Assembly: GCF_964213995.1 (NCBI RefSeq)
Contig: NC_135814.1
Span: 9,300,001 to 9,364,000 of the forward strand
Source: Mustelus asterias
Taxonomy: Eukaryota
Reading direction: 5' to 3'
Length of the DNA: 64,000 bases
Both the position numbers and the translations under genes were made by a program. Under the pieces are notes generated by a model. It saw nothing but the letters and a program-made list of their open reading frames with translations. It searched no databases and was not told the origin of the DNA. Positions 61,501 to 64,000 of this stretch are shown in pieces. Position 1 is the first letter of the stretch; each line of letters opens with the position of its first letter.

Positions 61501-62529
61501 ACTCATCCCAGGAGATGTGGGGGCCTGGAACTCATGGTCTAGTTTGTGGCTGAAGTGCTGAGGTACCCGGATCTACACCTGAAGGGCTGTAACCTGCAAG
61601 GCTACGGACCACGTGCTGGAAAGTGGGATTCAAATGAGTGGCTAGTTTCTTTTTTTTCTCTTCCTTGGCCAGTGACGACACGATGGGCTGAATGGCCTCT
61701 TTCCATACTGTAACCCTTCTGTGGTCCCCTTCCTAACTGCCCTGGGGGTGGACCTACACCACAGGAACAGCAGAGATTCAAGAAGACGTTCCCCCCGCCC
61801 CCACCACCTTCTCCAGGGTAATTAGCGATGGGAAATAAATGCTGACCCTAACCAGCGACGCCCACATCCTATGAATAAATAATAAAAAATGCTGATAGAA
61901 ATATGGCATCAGCTTGTGAGTGATTGGATCAGCATGTTTATAATGTTAAAAAGGATCCAATAGGGCAGATGCAGAAATTATTTCCTTTGATGGGCAGGGC
62001 TGTCGAGGGGGAGAGGTAAGCATCTTGGGCTGCTTTGACAGGTTAAAGCTGCTCTATAAGTACCATTTCGGATAATCTTAAAATTGGGGCTAAGCCATTT
62101 GGGGGAGAAATCAGGAAGCATTCCTTCACACAAAGAATAGTGGAAATCTGAAATACTTTCCTACAAAATGAATGAGGCAGGTGGAGCTTTTGAGATGGAG
62201 AACAATAGATATTTCTTGGGCGACGCTATTAAAGGGTAAGCAGCTAAGCAGGTAACTGGAGGTCAGTCTCGAACTCACTCGAATAGCAGGACAGACTTTA
62301 GAGTCTGAATGATCAGCTCCTGTGTTCTCAGCAGATGAGCATAAACCAAACATGCCTGGTGGGCACAGGGTAGGGGTCTGAAAGCTGGTTAGGGAGCCTG
62401 TCGACACCTTTAAAACAAATGTGCAGCAAATAAATAAATCCAACAGAGGGAAATATTAGGAGAGAGATGGAGGCACGAGAATGAGTCAAATCAAAATGAT
62501 TTATTGCTGTTAAAAGATAAATAACTTAC

Positions 62530-62617
62530 CCACAATCTACCCAGGCAATGGTGCCCTGCCCTTTCACTGCTTCTGCCACGTCTGAGAGCAGTTTCAGCGG
62601 TCGTTCAGCAGTGGCAG
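62530..62617 (-). CDS. PDIA5: PDIA5 coding exon (~exon 3, 88 nt): ATAERPLKLLSDVAEAVKGQGTIAWVDCG
   Basis: Minus strand shows a CTCACTAAC branch point, a pyrimidine tract and a TAG acceptor, with donor GG|GTAAGT. The peptide matches the PDIA5 N-terminal non-catalytic domain (human ...AVKGQGTICWVDCG, from memory). Confidence 0.95.
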
Positions 62618-63409
62618 CTATCACACAGTAAGAAAGCAAACACGGGCGTTAGTGAGCATTGCTTATCACCCAGCATTCTGCTGTGCAAAGATTCAGGCTC
62701 GGTCAATAGATTATCAAAATACACTGAACTCATGAACAAGCCCTTCAGCAATACCGCGGTTGCCATGTAATCACCCAACCAGGCACACACTGGCTGCAAG
62801 GAGCCTGGTGAAATCTGCCAAACTCGCCTGCACCAGTGCAGTGTGACAATGGCTGAGCACGGTGTTACAACATCTGGGGAAAGGAAAGGTAAGACAACGA
62901 AGAATCACCTCCCCACAGCCATTCCCAATCAACGGTGGAAATCCAGGAGCAGGCAATACTGGTTGCTTCACAGGTCGAGAGAACAGGATGCACACGGACA
63001 GAAGCTAGATCAGTGCTGTGCGCACTCTCAAACTTCTGAACAATCTTAGCAAAAGAACTTCAAAGGCAGCAAGAAGCTGAGTTTACAGACCCAAGAAGGT
63101 CGCATTGCAGGGATCTCTGAGGAGCCAGTGAATCTCGGCTGGGGGGGGCAGTCGACGAGCTACATCTCTAGGGAGGAGGAAGACAAGGTTAGAATTTGGG
63201 GAAAAGAAAAAAAGTGAGAGTAAGCCTGGAGCACGAGCTCTGGGGGAGTTATCACTGTTTACCAACTCCAGCTAGAAGTGCAACGGTGAAAGGGAGAGGG
63301 GGACATGCCAAATGAGAATTGGACTTCACTCCAACAGCCTACTCTTGGGCAAATTGCTTGCTGTCAACTGACCAACCAAGCTCACATGTGAAGAATTTTG
63401 ACATGTCGA

Positions 63410-63880
63410 AGGACCGGGCTATTTCCTGGGATGGCAGGTCTGTCATACATGAGGAGAGGCTAAGTCAGTTAGGATTATATTCACTGGAATTTAGAAGGGT
63501 GAGAGGGGATCTCATAGAAACTTTGAAATATTAACAGGATTAGATAGGGTGGATTCAGAAAGAAATGTTCCCAATGGCGGGGGAGTTCAGAACTAGGGGT
63601 CATAGTTTGAGGATAAGGGGTAAACCTTTTAGGTTGAGTTGAGGAGAAATTTCTTCACCCAGAGGGTGGTGAATGTGTGGAATTCACTACCACAGAATGT
63701 AGTTGAGGCCAAAACTGTGAGAGATTCCAAGAAAAAATTAGATATAGCTCTTGGGACTAAAGGGATGTGAGGGGGAAGGAAGGATCCGGATATTGAATTA
63801 GATGATCAGCCATCATTAAAATGAATGGTGCAGCAGGCTTGAAGGGCCGAATGGCCTACTCCTGCTTCTAGTTTCTATAT
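63410..63880 (+). mobile_element. CR1 3' fragment
   Basis: EERLSQLGLYSLEFRRVRGDLIET followed by the tail gggccgaatggcctactcctgcttct. Confidence 0.85.
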
Positions 63881-64000
63881 TCGCCTGCTGCCACCACACC
63901 CAACTCCAGGAAGAGTTTGTCTTTAAAAAAAAATCAATAACTAACCGTGAAAGCTGTTGGAATGTTGTGAAATGTCAACTTTCCATTTAAATTCTCTTAT

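Noticed and set aside
62620-64000. PDIA5 upstream exons or promoter
   Set aside because: No signal-peptide exon, upstream coding exon or CpG island was seen; presumably beyond the window end.

Overview
Eukaryotic, repeat-dense vertebrate DNA, almost certainly from a shark or other cartilaginous fish (HE1-type V-SINEs, SacSINE1-like Deu-SINEs, CR1 LINEs). The window lies inside one host gene on the minus strand that the ORF track largely misses: PDIA5 (PDIR, protein disulfide-isomerase A5). I located 11 consecutive GT-AG coding exons (62617 down to 8784, 976 nt in total). They splice in frame to ...ATAERPLKLLSDVAEAVKGQGTIAWVDCGNSESRKLCKKMKVEPASKKNGIELLHYKDGAFHVEYERPETYKSMVAFMRDPEGAPLWEENPEAKDVVHIDSEKEFRKLIKKEERPVLMIFYAPWCGVCKRMMPAFQQAATELKGAYVMAGMNVHPSEFDEIKQEFNIKGYPTFCYFEKGKFLFNFENYGATAQDFVEWMKNPQAVQPKAPEVPWAEQESAVSHLTDDSFDGFVKEHSSVLVMFYAPWCGHCKKMKPEYEEAAEVLNNDSDSPGVLAAVDVTAQKYLGEKYQITGFPTLKYFENTEEKWTLPHLRTKDKIIEWIY... 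The first and last exons lie outside the window, and exon numbers are inferred from my recollection of the human gene. The introns hold: two young 5'-truncated CR1 LINEs with intact ORF2; a CR1-Zenon-like LINE that begins with a tRNA-like Pol III head and has a short internally deleted SINE partner; two V-SINE families with different tails; palindromic Penelope-derived inserts carrying minimal hammerhead-ribozyme motifs; a ~3.5 kb G-rich tandem array split by a CR1; and an unexplained ~740 bp inverted repeat. Repeat boundaries were read by eye and are approximate; exon boundaries are exact. No prokaryotic features or CRISPR arrays were seen.
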